53,098 nt of DNA from Nanobdellota archaeon (GCA_038045945.1 JBBSXC010000007.1:1-53098); one strand, 5' to 3'; shown: positions 9,160 to 19,729, counted from the stretch's first letter. Translations and numbers: made by a program. Notes: a model not told the origin generated them from the sequence alone.

Positions 9160-11661
9160 ATGGATTTTGTTTTTGTTCCTGTTGATTACCAATCTTTTGA
9201 TTACATGGATGAGAATTATGTTAAGATTTATGGTAGGAATAATGATGGGAAAAGGGTTTGTGTTATAGACAAGGTTAATCCTTACTTTTGGGCAATAATT
9301 AAGGATAAGACTAGCGATAAGGAACTAAAAAAGCTTGTTGCCAGTGTTGAAAAAATTAAGGTTTCTAACACTAACAGGACTAGTAGAGTTTTGAAGACAG
9401 AGGTTCATGATAAAAAGTTTTTGGGCAGAGATGTTAAGTCTCTGAAAATTTTTATTACTAATTATAAGGATGCTCCAGCGTTTGCTGACCAACTAGATTT
9501 TGATGTTATTGACAAGCGTCGAGAGCATGATTTAGGCACAATTACTAGGTATATTATGGATAGACAAGTTGTTCCTTTTAATCGTTACAAGGTTTCTGGT
9601 ACTTTGTGTGACAGCTCAGATTTTGGTGGTATGGTGAGTACTCTTAATGTTGATTATGTGATAAAAGCTGAAAATTTTACCCTTGTTAATAAAGAAAAAG
9701 GTGATGATTTTGTTCCTAGTATTCTTGCTTGTGATATTGAGACTGATGATTTGGAGATTGGTAAGGGTAAGATACTTATGATTTCTGTCCATGGTCGTGG
9801 CCATGATGGTAAATTGGTTAGTAAGGTTTTTTCGTTCGGCGCGAATTCTTCCTCTTCTTCCTTGGATTTTGTTGTTGATTGTAAATCAGAAGCTGGTATG
9901 CTTCAGTCTTTTGTTGATTTTATTAAAGAAAATACTCCTGATGTTTTAGTTGGTTATTATTCTGACTCTTTTGATATGCCTTATATTCGTGAGAGGTGTA
10001 AAAAACTTAAGGTTGATTTGTCTTTGGGCTTGGATGGTTCTTCGCCTTGGTCAATAGGTACTAAGCGTCAATCTGTTCGTTTTGAGGGTCTTGTTCATTT
10101 GGACTTGTTTAAGTTTATTCAGATTAATTATTCTCAGTATTTGCAGTCTGAAACTTTATCTCTTAATGAGGTTGCTGGCGAATTGTTAGGCGAAAATAAG
10201 CTTGTTCATGAGTTTAAGCATTCTTCTAAACTAACGAGTGCTGAGTGGGAACAATTTTTTCGTTATAACTTGCAGGATTCCGTTATAACTTTTAGGCTTT
10301 GTGATAAGATTTGGCATGATATGGCCGAGTTTTCTCGCGTTACTTGTAAGCCTCTTTTTGAGATGTCTAGGGATGGTATGTCTACTCATGTTGAGGATTA
10401 CATTCTTAATAATCTTTATCGTTTTAATGAAGTCGCTGAGAAGAAGGCTGTTCATGATGAGATTGGTGAAAGGATGGGCCGTGAAAAGTATGAGGGTGCT
10501 TTTGTTTTAGAACCAACTCCTGGTTTGTATGACCAGGTTGCCGTTTTTGATTTTACTTCTTTTTGGCCTAGTATTATTTCTACTTTTAATTTGTCTAGGT
10601 CAACTCTCTTAGAGAAGAAGTCTAAGGATTCTATAACTGTTGAGGTATCTACTAGTCCTAAAAGGGTTCATTATTTTTCTAAAAAACCTGGTTTTTTTCC
10701 CGAGATGCTTAAAGAAATTATTACTTTGAGAAAAGCCTGTAAGGCTGAGCTTAAAGTTAATCCTAGTCCTATTGTCCTTGCTCGTTCTAACTCTTTCAAG
10801 CTTTTAGCTAATGCTGCTTATGGTTACCAAGGATTTTTTGGTGCTAGGTATTATTGTCCAGAGGCTAGTGCTTCTGCTACTGCTATTAGTAGGAAATTTA
10901 TTAAGGAAACTATTACTAAAGCAGAAGATTTTGGTTTCAAAGCTATCTATGGGGATACGGACTCTTTGATGTTAGAAGCTAACGGTAAAACTCGTTCTGA
11001 TGCTCTTACTTTTTTGAAAAAGATTAATGGTGATCTTCCTGGTATCATGGAGCTTGACTTAGAGGATTTTTATAAGCGTGGATTATGGGTTACAACTAGG
11101 GGTGGCGAGTCTGGTGCTAAGAAGAAGTATGCTTTGATTAATGATAAGGGTAAAATGAAAATTCGTGGTTTTGAGACTGTTCGTAGAGACTGGTGTCGTT
11201 TGGCTCGTAATTTGCAGAATGAAATTTTAAAAATGATCCTTACTGAGGGTAATGAAAAGTCTGCTCTTCTTTACGCTAAAGAAATCATTAGTAAGCTTAA
11301 ATCTAGGAGGATTGATGTTAAGGATATTCTTATTAGAACTCAACTTAAGAAGAGTATTGATGTTTACAAATCTCGCGGCCCTCACGTTTTGGCTGCTGAG
11401 ATGATGATTTCTCGCTCCTTGCCTGTTGATTCTGGTATGCTTATAGAGTACTTTATTTCTGAGCCTGAGAAGGACTTGAAGGGTAAGCCTAAGTCTAAAC
11501 GTATTGGCGATCGTGTTGCTTTACCAGGGGACGATAAGCCTTACGATATCGATTATTATCTTAATAACCAAATTTTGCCTGCTGTTGAGAACATTTTCCA
11601 AGTTTTCAGTATTGAGACTAAGGACATTATTGAGGGAGAATCACAAAAAAGATTGTTCTAA
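9160..11661 (+). CDS. polB: Family B DNA polymerase
   Basis: ExoI DIET, ExoII SFDMPY, ExoIII YNLQD; motif A DFTSFWPSII, motif B KLLANAAYGY, motif C YGDTDS; KKKY; RGFETVRRDW. Confidence 0.97.
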   Translation: MDFVFVPVDYQSFDYMDENYVKIYGRNNDGKRVCVIDKVNPYFWAIIKDKTSDKELKKLVASVEKIKVSNTNRTSRVLKTEVHDKKFLGRDVKSLKIFITNYKDAPAFADQLDFDVIDKRREHDLGTITRYIMDRQVVPFNRYKVSGTLCDSSDFGGMVSTLNVDYVIKAENFTLVNKEKGDDFVPSILACDIETDDLEIGKGKILMISVHGRGHDGKLVSKVFSFGANSSSSSLDFVVDCKSEAGMLQSFVDFIKENTPDVLVGYYSDSFDMPYIRERCKKLKVDLSLGLDGSSPWSIGTKRQSVRFEGLVHLDLFKFIQINYSQYLQSETLSLNEVAGELLGENKLVHEFKHSSKLTSAEWEQFFRYNLQDSVITFRLCDKIWHDMAEFSRVTCKPLFEMSRDGMSTHVEDYILNNLYRFNEVAEKKAVHDEIGERMGREKYEGAFVLEPTPGLYDQVAVFDFTSFWPSIISTFNLSRSTLLEKKSKDSITVEVSTSPKRVHYFSKKPGFFPEMLKEIITLRKACKAELKVNPSPIVLARSNSFKLLANAAYGYQGFFGARYYCPEASASATAISRKFIKETITKAEDFGFKAIYGDTDSLMLEANGKTRSDALTFLKKINGDLPGIMELDLEDFYKRGLWVTTRGGESGAKKKYALINDKGKMKIRGFETVRRDWCRLARNLQNEILKMILTEGNEKSALLYAKEIISKLKSRRIDVKDILIRTQLKKSIDVYKSRGPHVLAAEMMISRSLPVDSGMLIEYFISEPEKDLKGKPKSKRIGDRVALPGDDKPYDIDYYLNNQILPAVENIFQVFSIETKDIIEGESQKRLF

Positions 11662-11708
11662 AATTTTAATAAGCAAAGGTTTAAATATATCAATTGATAA
11701 ATCTATTT

Positions 11709-11996
11709 ATGGAACTTCAAAAGTCTCCAAAGTTTAATGTTGCTAAAATTATTACTCGTAGCCCCACCCTTGAAACTGTCATGATGGTCGAGAATTTTAT
11801 CAAAAAACATAACGGCGATTTTAAAAGAAATGAATTATGGAAGATGCTTCCTAAAAAAGTGATGTGGGGCACTTTTAATGTCATACTCCAATACTTAGTA
11901 GACAATAGTAAAATAGGAATTGATAAAAATGATTATGTTGTTTATATTTGGAGCCCAGAAGCAGCAAAACTATTTATAAATCGGAAAGATTATTGA
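11709..11996 (+). CDS. Small winged-helix-like protein, putative antitoxin
   Basis: SPTLETVMMVE...LWKMLPKKVMWGTFNVILQYL; directly upstream of a RelE-like ORF; own TATA box. Confidence 0.6.
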   Translation: MELQKSPKFNVAKIITRSPTLETVMMVENFIKKHNGDFKRNELWKMLPKKVMWGTFNVILQYLVDNSKIGIDKNDYVVYIWSPEAAKLFINRKDY

Positions 11997-11999
11997 CTC

Positions 12000-12338
12000 A
12001 TGAGACTATTTCGATCCGCAGATAAAGTTAGATTCGCAGAAGATAAATCAGAGTTAGCATTTAATAAACTTGCAAATAATAGTCCCTTAAAGAACTCCAT
12101 CAATAAAGCCATTAAAGACCTTAAAGATAACGCCTTTTGTGGTGAGAGAATACCTCAAAAAATTATTCCTAAAGATTACACCAAAAAGTATAAAATTGAT
12201 AATTTGTGGTGGTATCCTCTTGCTGATGCTTGGAGGCTTGTTTATTCACTTGTTACACCCAGCAATATTGAAATAATAGCGGTTATTATTGACTATTCTA
12301 ACCACAAGGATTATGAAAGGAGGTTTGGCTATAAATAA
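12000..12338 (+). CDS. RelE/ParE-like toxin
   Basis: 112 aa; GERIP, LWWYPLADAWRLVYSL, HKDYERRFGY pattern resembling archaeal RelE-like proteins. Confidence 0.65.
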   Translation: MRLFRSADKVRFAEDKSELAFNKLANNSPLKNSINKAIKDLKDNAFCGERIPQKIIPKDYTKKYKIDNLWWYPLADAWRLVYSLVTPSNIEIIAVIIDYSNHKDYERRFGYK

Positions 12339-12340
12339 TC

Positions 12341-13339
12341 ATGAAAAAGAAAGATTTTTCTCGCGCTCCTAATTTTCATAAAGTTTTTGAGGAAAGAATA
12401 AAAAAATTACTTGTTAGTAAGGATGACTTTGATAAGTATGTTGATTTTTCTTCTCGTGAGCCCCTTTGTTCTATTAGGTGTAATACTCTAAAGATTTCCC
12501 CTAAGGAGTTATTGTTTAAGCTTCGTTCTAACGGTTGGGTTGTTGATCAACCTTTTTCTTCCCATCCTGAAATTATGGTTGTTACTTCTATTCTCCAGCC
12601 TGGTGCTCTCGGTAAGTCTGTCGAGCACCTCTTGGGTTATTTTTATGTTCAGGAAATTTCTTCCATGCTCCCTATTATTGCTCTTAATCCTAAAAGTGAT
12701 GATCGTTTGCTTGATTTGTGTTCTGCTCCAGGTTCTAAGACTACTCAGGCTGCTGCTTCAATGTTTAATAATGGTTTACTTATCGCTAATGATAATTCTC
12801 CTTCTCGTACTCGCGTTTTGGCTGCTAATCTTGAGAGAATGGGTGTTTCTAACACTTTAGTTACTTGTGAAGATGGTTCTCGCTTTTGTGATAAGACTAT
12901 TAATAAAACAAAAATTCTTTTTTCTAAAGTTCTTCTTGATGCTCCTTGTTCTGGTGAGGGTACTGTTCGTTCTTCTAGGTCTGCTGCAAGTGATTGGAGT
13001 CTTGATCTTGTCCAAAGTTTATCTAAGAGACAAAAAAAGCTTATTGTTGATGCTTTCAGAGTTTTAGAAGTTGGAGGAGTTATGATTTATTCTACTTGCA
13101 CTCATTCTCCTGAAGAAAATGAAGAAGTTGTTGATTTTCTTATTAAAAATTATGATGCAGAAGTTCTTCCGATAAGTATTCCTGTTAAGTCTAGGTCAGG
13201 TCTTACTTCTTGGGATGGTAAAAAGTTTGATTCTTCTTTAGTTAATGCTTGCCGTATTTACCCTCAGGATAATGATACTGAAGGATTCTTTTTGTGTAAG
13301 ATAAAAAAATTGTCAAATAGTAAGAGAGGTACTAATTAA
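12341..13339 (+). CDS. NOL1/NOP2/Sun (RsmB/RsmF) family RNA m5C methyltransferase
   Basis: SIRCNTLK, YVQEISSM, LDLCSAPGSKTTQ, LLDAPCSGEG, YSTCTHSPEENE. Confidence 0.95.
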   Translation: MKKKDFSRAPNFHKVFEERIKKLLVSKDDFDKYVDFSSREPLCSIRCNTLKISPKELLFKLRSNGWVVDQPFSSHPEIMVVTSILQPGALGKSVEHLLGYFYVQEISSMLPIIALNPKSDDRLLDLCSAPGSKTTQAAASMFNNGLLIANDNSPSRTRVLAANLERMGVSNTLVTCEDGSRFCDKTINKTKILFSKVLLDAPCSGEGTVRSSRSAASDWSLDLVQSLSKRQKKLIVDAFRVLEVGGVMIYSTCTHSPEENEEVVDFLIKNYDAEVLPISIPVKSRSGLTSWDGKKFDSSLVNACRIYPQDNDTEGFFLCKIKKLSNSKRGTN

Positions 13340-13341
13340 TC

Positions 13342-13830
13342 ATGGCTTCTTTTAATGTTCTTAATAATAAGGATAAGCAAGCTCTCCTTAGTCGCCTTAA
13401 TAATCAATTCGGTATTTCTAAAATTGATGGTTCTTTCATTACTTTCGGTCATGACAAATTTCGTGTTTTTACTGGTGTTATAACTGCTGACCAGATTAGT
13501 ACTTTAAAGCAGTTTTTTCGTCTTGAAATTTTAGGTTCTTACTTTTTTACTCTTGAAGGTGATGGCGATAATGATATTCGTCTTTCTCATGATGCTGCGA
13601 TAATTTTGCGTGATCAAATTACTAAGAATTTTGTTGTTATAGATAAGGCTCAGGAGTTTGATTGGCTTAGGGGCAAGGACGTTTCTTTAACTCCCGACCA
13701 AGTTAAGGATTACGAGTTGGTTCGTGGTTTTGTTGTTGTTAAGTGTGATGGAGAAGTTGTTGGTTGTGGTAGGATTAGTCAGGATGGTCGTTTGCGTAAT
13801 TTTGTTCCTAAAGAAAGAAGGATAAAGTAA
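13342..13830 (+). CDS. NIP7/RsmF C-terminal-like PUA-domain protein
   Basis: WLRGKD, VVGCG, LRNFVPKERR pattern; 2 nt downstream of the m5C methyltransferase. Confidence 0.7.
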   Translation: MASFNVLNNKDKQALLSRLNNQFGISKIDGSFITFGHDKFRVFTGVITADQISTLKQFFRLEILGSYFFTLEGDGDNDIRLSHDAAIILRDQITKNFVVIDKAQEFDWLRGKDVSLTPDQVKDYELVRGFVVVKCDGEVVGCGRISQDGRLRNFVPKERRIK

Positions 13831-14550
13831 TCATTCTTTTTTCTTCACTTGTGACCTTTGTGTCATCCATTCTTTTATTTTTATTTCTCCTAATGGTTTG
13901 TCTCCTTTTTCTACTCTTAGACTTTCTTTTATTTCTTTTTTGAAGTTTTTGTTGTATACTAGGTGTAATCCTGCTACTACGATCATTGCTATTACGCTTC
14001 CTATTCCTGCTAATGCCATGTCTTTTTGTGCGTCCCATACGTCTCCTTGTGCTCCTAAGAATGCTAAGCCTGCTGTTGGGTCGACTATTACTGCTGCTCC
14101 CCATTCTATTATTTCGTAAATTGCTGCTAGTCCTAATGTTAATTCTATTGGGAAGTATAATCCCCATAAACCTTTTGTTTTTCCTAGTCTTACGAATACT
14201 TCTCTTATTGGGTATGCTAATAAGAATCCGAATGAGAAGTGCACTATTCTGTCGTACATGTTTCTACTGCTTCCGAACCATTCTTGTAATGTGTAACCCA
14301 GTGGTACTTCTGCGTAAGTGTAGTGTGATCCTATAACGTGCATTATCATGAATGCTGTTATTAGCGTGTAAGAAGTGTTTGATAGTTTGAAATAATAACT
14401 TACTATCAGTATTATTGGTACGAATATGAATACTAAATAGTTTTCTAGAAGCCACCCATCAGGATACTTGGGGTTTATTGCTGCCCAAACCCAAAATGCT
14501 AAGAATAATGTTATTAGGAATAATTGGTACTTGCTAATTTTCCACTCCAT
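13831..14550 (-). CDS. DUF2238 (YjdF) family membrane protein
   Basis: WLLEN, HVIGSHYTYAEVP, RNMYDRIVHF, YEIIEW, FLGAQGDVWDAQKDM. Confidence 0.9.
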   Translation of the reverse strand: MEWKISKYQLFLITLFLAFWVWAAINPKYPDGWLLENYLVFIFVPIILIVSYYFKLSNTSYTLITAFMIMHVIGSHYTYAEVPLGYTLQEWFGSSRNMYDRIVHFSFGFLLAYPIREVFVRLGKTKGLWGLYFPIELTLGLAAIYEIIEWGAAVIVDPTAGLAFLGAQGDVWDAQKDMALAGIGSVIAMIVVAGLHLVYNKNFKKEIKESLRVEKGDKPLGEIKIKEWMTQRSQVKKKE

Positions 14551-14602
14551 AACATTTTTTATGATGGCAGGTTTTATATATCTTCTTTTTTTATTATTGT
14601 TT

Positions 14603-15502
14603 ATGGATAAGGATTATATTGCTGACTTGAAGAAGGCTGGTAAGATTCATCAAGAGGTTAAGGCTTTTGCTAAGAGTATTGTTAAGAAGGGTGTTCCTTT
14701 ATTAGAGATTGCTGATAAGGTTGATGCTAAAATTAAGGAGTTAGGTGCTACTACTGCTTTCCCTATTAATTTGTCTATTAATGAGGTTGCTGCTCATTAT
14801 ACTCCTACTTATGATGATAAGACTTTAGCTAGTGGTTTATTAAAAGTTGATATTGGTATTTGTGTTAATGGCGCTATTGCTGATTGTGCTTTTTCTGTTG
14901 ATTTAGATAATAGTGATATTAACAAAAAACTTATTGAGGCTTCTCGTGCTGGCCTGGAGGCTGCTATGAGGACTGCTAAGTTTGGTGTTACTCTTGGTGA
15001 TCTTGGTAGGAGTATTCAGGATGCTATTGTTTCTAGGGGTTTTTCTCCTATTAAGAATCTTTGCGGTCATCAAGTTGACCGTTTTGTTGTTCATGCTGGT
15101 CAAACTGTTCCTAATTATGATAATGGTAGTAATGTTAAAATGGTTGAGTCAGGTTATGCTATTGAGCCTTTCGTGACTACCGGTACTGGCCTAGTTTTTG
15201 AGGGTAAGCCATCTAATATTTATCGTTTAGTTAATAAGAAAAATGTTCGTGACATGTTAGCTAGGGAGATTATTCTTTTTATTGATAAGGAGTATAATGG
15301 TTTGCCTTTTGCTTCTCGTTGGGTTGTTAAAAAGTTTGGTCCTAGAGCAGTTCTTTCAATGAGCATTTTAGAAAGGGAAGGAATCCTTTATCATTATCCT
15401 CAACTTGTTGAGAAATCTCGTGAGCCTGTTGCTCAAAGTGAGAACACATTACTAATACTGAAAGATAAGACGGAAGTAATGACTGAGGATTTTAAGATTT
15501 GA
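14603..15502 (+). CDS. map: Type II methionine aminopeptidase
   Basis: AFPINLSINEVAAHYTP, KVDIG..NGAIADCA, NLCGH, AIEPF, AQSENT; start placed at ATG 14603. Confidence 0.96.
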   Translation: MDKDYIADLKKAGKIHQEVKAFAKSIVKKGVPLLEIADKVDAKIKELGATTAFPINLSINEVAAHYTPTYDDKTLASGLLKVDIGICVNGAIADCAFSVDLDNSDINKKLIEASRAGLEAAMRTAKFGVTLGDLGRSIQDAIVSRGFSPIKNLCGHQVDRFVVHAGQTVPNYDNGSNVKMVESGYAIEPFVTTGTGLVFEGKPSNIYRLVNKKNVRDMLAREIILFIDKEYNGLPFASRWVVKKFGPRAVLSMSILEREGILYHYPQLVEKSREPVAQSENTLLILKDKTEVMTEDFKI

Positions 15503-16031
15503 TTAGTTCTTCCCAGTTTTCTTTGTAATCATTAAATCTTTTTTCGAATTCTTCTTTCGTTGTTAATGGTATTTTTAACTGATTCATTTTTTCTTTTAGT
15601 GTTTTTATTGCTGACTCTTTGTTTTCTTCGCTAGTCATTATTTCCATTTCTATTATGTGTCCGTACCCTTTTGTGTAGTCTATCATTACTTCTATGTTTT
15701 GCCATTTGAATGTGTGTCTGTTTCTAAACCATTTTATTTTTACTTTGTATCCTAATCCTAAAAATAGTTTTTCTGCTTTTTCGAAGTCATCTTTTGAGAA
15801 TTTTATTTCTATTTCTTCTCTTGCTTCATCGTGTATTTTTCCTTTTTTCATCCATACTTTTGAGAAAAAATTGTTTTTTTGAATTCTTAGGTCCTCTTCA
15901 GAGTCGAAATAGTATGTTTCCTGGTAGTCTTCACTTAAAAGTTCCCCTTCTTTTGTTAATAGCGTTATTAGTTCTTCATATTTTTGTTTTGTTATGAAAC
16001 TTCTTATTTCTACTTCTATGTTGTTAGTCAT
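15492..16031 (-). CDS. CYTH domain (class IV adenylyl cyclase-like / triphosphatase) protein
   Basis: N-terminal EVEIR (ExExK-like), QETYYFD, LRI, REEIEI, IEME. Confidence 0.85.
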   Translation of the reverse strand: MTNNIEVEIRSFITKQKYEELITLLTKEGELLSEDYQETYYFDSEEDLRIQKNNFFSKVWMKKGKIHDEAREEIEIKFSKDDFEKAEKLFLGLGYKVKIKWFRNRHTFKWQNIEVMIDYTKGYGHIIEMEIMTSEENKESAIKTLKEKMNQLKIPLTTKEEFEKRFNDYKENWEELIKS

Positions 16032-16092
16032 TATGATAAAATGTTCTGATAACCCCTAAACTTTCTGGGTTGATAAGGGTACTCCCTTACTT

Positions 16093-18681
16093 TTATCCTA
16101 GGTAGTTTCTTACTTCTGGTGTTAGTGATGCTCTTGCGTTTTTTAGGTATTCTTCTTCCATTTTTGTGTATCTTTCTGCTGCTGTTTTTGTTACTGATGC
16201 CGGTACTTTTTTCATTGCATCTAGGAAGTGTTTCATTGATACGTCTTTTGCGTTAATGTCTTCTCGCAGGGATAGTATTGCTGCTTCACGGCATAAGCTT
16301 TCTATGTCTGCTCCTACGTATCCTTCTGTTTCTGCAGCTAATTTTTTTATGTCTACGTCTTTTGTTAGTGGCATTCCTTTTGTGTGTATTGATATTATTT
16401 TTTCTCTTCCTTCTTTTGTTGGCGGTCTTACTAGTAATAGTCTGTCGAATCTTCCAGGTCGCAGGATTGCTGGGTCTAGTATGTCTGGTCTGTTTGTTGC
16501 TCCTATTACTACTACGTCGTGTAGTTCTTCCATTCCGTCCATTTCTGCTAGTAGTTGGTTTAGTACTTGTTCTCCTACTTTGTTTCCTGAGTATTCTCCT
16601 CCGCCTCTTCTTGATGCTAAGCTGTCTATCTCATCAAAGAATATTACGCATGGTGATACTTGTCTTGCTCTTTCGAATACTTTCCTTACTCCTTCTTCGC
16701 TTTTTCCTACCCACATAGATAATAATTCTGGCCCTTTTACTTGTATGAAGTTTGCTTGGCTTTCTTTAGCTACGGCTTTTGCTAGTAGTGTTTTTCCTGT
16801 TCCTGGCGGCCCGTATAGCAGTATTCCTCTTGGCGGCCTTATTCCCATTCTTATGAATGTTTCTGGGTGTTTCATTGGCCACTCTACTGCTTCTTTTAAT
16901 TCTTGTTTTATGTAGTCTAATCCTCCTACGTCGTTCCAGTTTACGTTTGGCGTGTCTATTAGTACTTCTCTCATTGCGCTCGGTCTTACGACTTTTAGTG
17001 CGTCCATGAAGTCTTGCATCCTTATTCTTAATTCTTTTAGTACTTCTTCAGGTATTTCTTTTTCTTCTTCTAGGTTTAGTTTTGGTAATACTTTTCTTAG
17101 CACGCACATCGCTGCTTCTTTTCCTAGTGCATTTATGTCTGCTCCTACGAATCCGTGTGTTATTCCTGCTAGTTCTTGCATCATTTCTTTAACGCATATG
17201 GAGTTTATTTCTTCTCTTTCTTTGCTTGTTAATTTTTTTGTTATTGCCTCGTTTTTTTGTTCGTCATCCGTTAATAATTCGCTTATTGGTGTTAGTGTTA
17301 GAATTTTTTCTTTTAGTGTTTCTATGTTTTTCTTTATTTCTGCTGTTTTTCCTGCTTCTTTGTTGTTTTTTTGTTCTGTTATCATCGTGTTTAGTTCGTT
17401 CTTCACTGTTTCAATGTTTTTTAGTAGGTAGGATTTTTTTATTGGTGCTACTATTGGCATGTTTCTTGTGTGTATTTTTAGAATTGATAGTCTTCCGTTT
17501 TTGTCTGGTACGTTTATGTGTACTTCTCTGTCGAATCTTCCCGGTCTTCGTAGCGCTGGGTCTATTGCGTTTGGTCTGTTTGTTGCTGCTATTACAACTA
17601 CTTTCCCTCTTGCTTTCAGTCCGTCCATTAGCGTTAATAATTGTGAAACTACTCTTCTTTCTACTTCTCCTTGTACATCTTCTCTTTTTGGTGCTATTGC
17701 GTCTATTTCGTCAATGAATATTATGCTTGGCGCGTTTTTTTCTGCTTCTTCAAATTTGCTTCTTAAGTTTTTTTCAGACTCTCCATAAAACTTTGACATT
17801 ATTTCTGGTCCGTTTAGTAGTATGAAGTTTGCGTCCGATTCGTGCGCTACTGCTTTTGCTAGCATTGTTTTTCCTGTTCCTGGTGGTCCGTGCAGTAGTA
17901 CTCCTTTTGGTGGTTCAATTCCTAATTTTTCGAATATTTCTGGGTGTTTTAGTGGTAGTTCTACCATTTCTCTTATTTTTTTTACTTCGTCTGTTAATCC
18001 TCCTATGTCTTCGTATGTTACTTCTGGCATTTCTCCTTCTTCTGATAGTTCTACTGCTTTGCTTGATAGTGTTAGTTCTGTGTTTTCTGTTATTATGCAT
18101 GCTTGTATTGGTGTAGTGGAAACTACTGCGAATCTTATTTGGCTTATTCCTCCTAGTCCAAATCCTCCTGGCATTCCCATTCCTTCCATTAAGTCTCCGA
18201 ATATTCCTGGTAATTCGTCGAATTCGCTCATTAGGTCTCGTCTTCTTTTTGCCCCTCCAAGAACTAATAAGTCTCCTTTCATAACTGCTCTTCCTAAAAG
18301 GCTTGTTTTTATTCCGTTAGGGTCTCCTTGCACCATTATGTTTTTTTGTGCTGGTGCGATAGTTATTTTTTTTGCTTCTTTTATTGCTGCTTTTTTTATT
18401 ATTACTGCTTCTCCAATGCTTGTTTTAGAGTTTTTTCTTATTATTCCGTCAATACGGACTATTTTTTCTCCTAAGTCTGCTGGGTATGCTCGGTCAACTA
18501 TTGCTACTGTTTCTCTTGCTCCTTTTATTGATACTATATCTCCTCTTCGAAGTCCTAATTGTTTCATTAGTTCTAAGTCTATTCTTGCTATTCCTTTGTA
18601 TGCGTCGTCTTGTAATGCTTCGACTACTCTTAACTTCAATTCTTTTCCGTCTTTTCCTTCATCACTTATTTTTGTTTCCAT
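16093..18681 (-). CDS. cdc48: CDC48/VCP family AAA+ ATPase
   Basis: N domain; two GPPGTGKT Walker A motifs; IFIDEID and IFFDEID Walker B motifs; RPGRFD twice; C-terminal YLG. Confidence 0.97.
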   Translation of the reverse strand: METKISDEGKDGKELKLRVVEALQDDAYKGIARIDLELMKQLGLRRGDIVSIKGARETVAIVDRAYPADLGEKIVRIDGIIRKNSKTSIGEAVIIKKAAIKEAKKITIAPAQKNIMVQGDPNGIKTSLLGRAVMKGDLLVLGGAKRRRDLMSEFDELPGIFGDLMEGMGMPGGFGLGGISQIRFAVVSTTPIQACIITENTELTLSSKAVELSEEGEMPEVTYEDIGGLTDEVKKIREMVELPLKHPEIFEKLGIEPPKGVLLHGPPGTGKTMLAKAVAHESDANFILLNGPEIMSKFYGESEKNLRSKFEEAEKNAPSIIFIDEIDAIAPKREDVQGEVERRVVSQLLTLMDGLKARGKVVVIAATNRPNAIDPALRRPGRFDREVHINVPDKNGRLSILKIHTRNMPIVAPIKKSYLLKNIETVKNELNTMITEQKNNKEAGKTAEIKKNIETLKEKILTLTPISELLTDDEQKNEAITKKLTSKEREEINSICVKEMMQELAGITHGFVGADINALGKEAAMCVLRKVLPKLNLEEEKEIPEEVLKELRIRMQDFMDALKVVRPSAMREVLIDTPNVNWNDVGGLDYIKQELKEAVEWPMKHPETFIRMGIRPPRGILLYGPPGTGKTLLAKAVAKESQANFIQVKGPELLSMWVGKSEEGVRKVFERARQVSPCVIFFDEIDSLASRRGGGEYSGNKVGEQVLNQLLAEMDGMEELHDVVVIGATNRPDILDPAILRPGRFDRLLLVRPPTKEGREKIISIHTKGMPLTKDVDIKKLAAETEGYVGADIESLCREAAILSLREDINAKDVSMKHFLDAMKKVPASVTKTAAERYTKMEEEYLKNARASLTPEVRNYLG

Positions 18682-18685
18682 TTTT

Positions 18686-19030
18686 TTATTTTTCTTCTCC
18701 GAATGTTATGTTTAGTCTTTTTGCGCTATCAAAACACATACTTACCATGTCGTTCATCATTTTTTCTTGTTCTTGCATAAAGTTTATTATTTCTCTAGGT
18801 ATGCTTACGGCGTAAGAGTTACCTACTATTCTTAGTTTTACTTTGAATTCTTTGTTTTTAAGTTCTACGAATTGGTTGTATTCGCTCATATCTCCAGGAT
18901 GCATTATCCTGTCTCCGCATTTTGCGCATTCTACCATCCTTAGAGAGAAACCGTTTTTTACTATTTCTCCTTTATTCATTGTTGTGTTGCATTTGTTGCA
19001 GCTTATTTTTGTGTCGAATATATCTGTCAT
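18686..19030 (-). CDS. Zn-ribbon plus AbrB/MazE-like DNA-binding protein
   Basis: CNKC...CAKC, then [17 protein letters not shown] (AbrB/SpoVT signature); 4 nt upstream of cdc48. Confidence 0.8.
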   Translation of the reverse strand: MTDIFDTKISCNKCNTTMNKGEIVKNGFSLRMVECAKCGDRIMHPGDMSEYNQFVELKNKEFKVKLRIVGNSYAVSIPREIINFMQEQEKMMNDMVSMCFDSAKRLNITFGEEK

Positions 19031-19147
19031 TTTCTTGTGTATACGGCTTAGATATACATGTTGTAGCCCTTTTTAAATATTTCTATGTTGCAGGCTATAA
19101 TTCTTCTCTCCCTAAGCTTTAAATTCTCTTTATTCTTTTGTTTTTCC

Positions 19148-19729
19148 ATGTCTAAAAGGGGTAATTTTTTTGTTAAGTTTTGGAATTTTTTATGGAATGA
19201 TGAGTCTATTTGGGGTTGGCTTGTTTCTTTAATTGTGATTTTTGTTTTTATCAAATTCATCTTTTTTCCAGGTCTTTCTTTTGTTCTTTCCTCTTCTCTT
19301 CCTTTAGTTGTTGTTGAGTCTTCTTCTATGTCTCACCAGGCTTTTGTTTTTGGTGAGTTTAATCATTTTTGGTCTCTTAATCATGTTTGGTATGAGGATA
19401 GGAATATTTCTAAATTTATGGCTAAGTCTTGGCCTCTTAAGTCTGGACTCGAGAAGGGGGATATTGCGCTTGTTGTTGGTTATAGGAATTCCGACCCTGT
19501 TATTGGTGATATTATTGTTTTTAATGCTGGTCAGCAGCACCCCATTATTCATAGGGTTGTTGATATTCAGTCTGTTAGTGGTAAAAAGTTCTTTTTTACT
19601 AAGGGCGATGGTAATCCTGATCAGTTGTCTCTTGATAAAATGATTTCTAGAGAGAATATTATTGGTAAGGCGATTATTAAGATTCCTAAGCTTGGTTGGA
19701 TTAAGCTTTTGTTTGTTGGTATTTTTTGA
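19148..19729 (+). CDS. Signal peptidase I (archaeal/Sec11 type)
   Basis: VVVESSSM, GDI, PIIHRV, TKGDGN, IIGK. Confidence 0.9.
   Translation: MSKRGNFFVKFWNFLWNDESIWGWLVSLIVIFVFIKFIFFPGLSFVLSSSLPLVVVESSSMSHQAFVFGEFNHFWSLNHVWYEDRNISKFMAKSWPLKSGLEKGDIALVVGYRNSDPVIGDIIVFNAGQQHPIIHRVVDIQSVSGKKFFFTKGDGNPDQLSLDKMISRENIIGKAIIKIPKLGWIKLLFVGIF

Noticed and set aside
14468-14602. N-terminal extensions of the ORF-track calls for map (and likewise metG 50571-50738, uppS and the signal peptidase)
   Set aside because: They overlap neighbouring genes or promoters; downstream ATGs fit the family N-termini and TATA spacing.
16049-16090. Short stems AACCC/GGGTT and TAAGGG/CCCTTA downstream of cdc48
   Set aside because: Stems of only 5-6 bp; too weak to call a terminator or RNA element.
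17180-17455. Intein in CDC48
   Set aside because: No N-terminal Cys/Ser block, no C-terminal His-Asn and no LAGLIDADG motifs.
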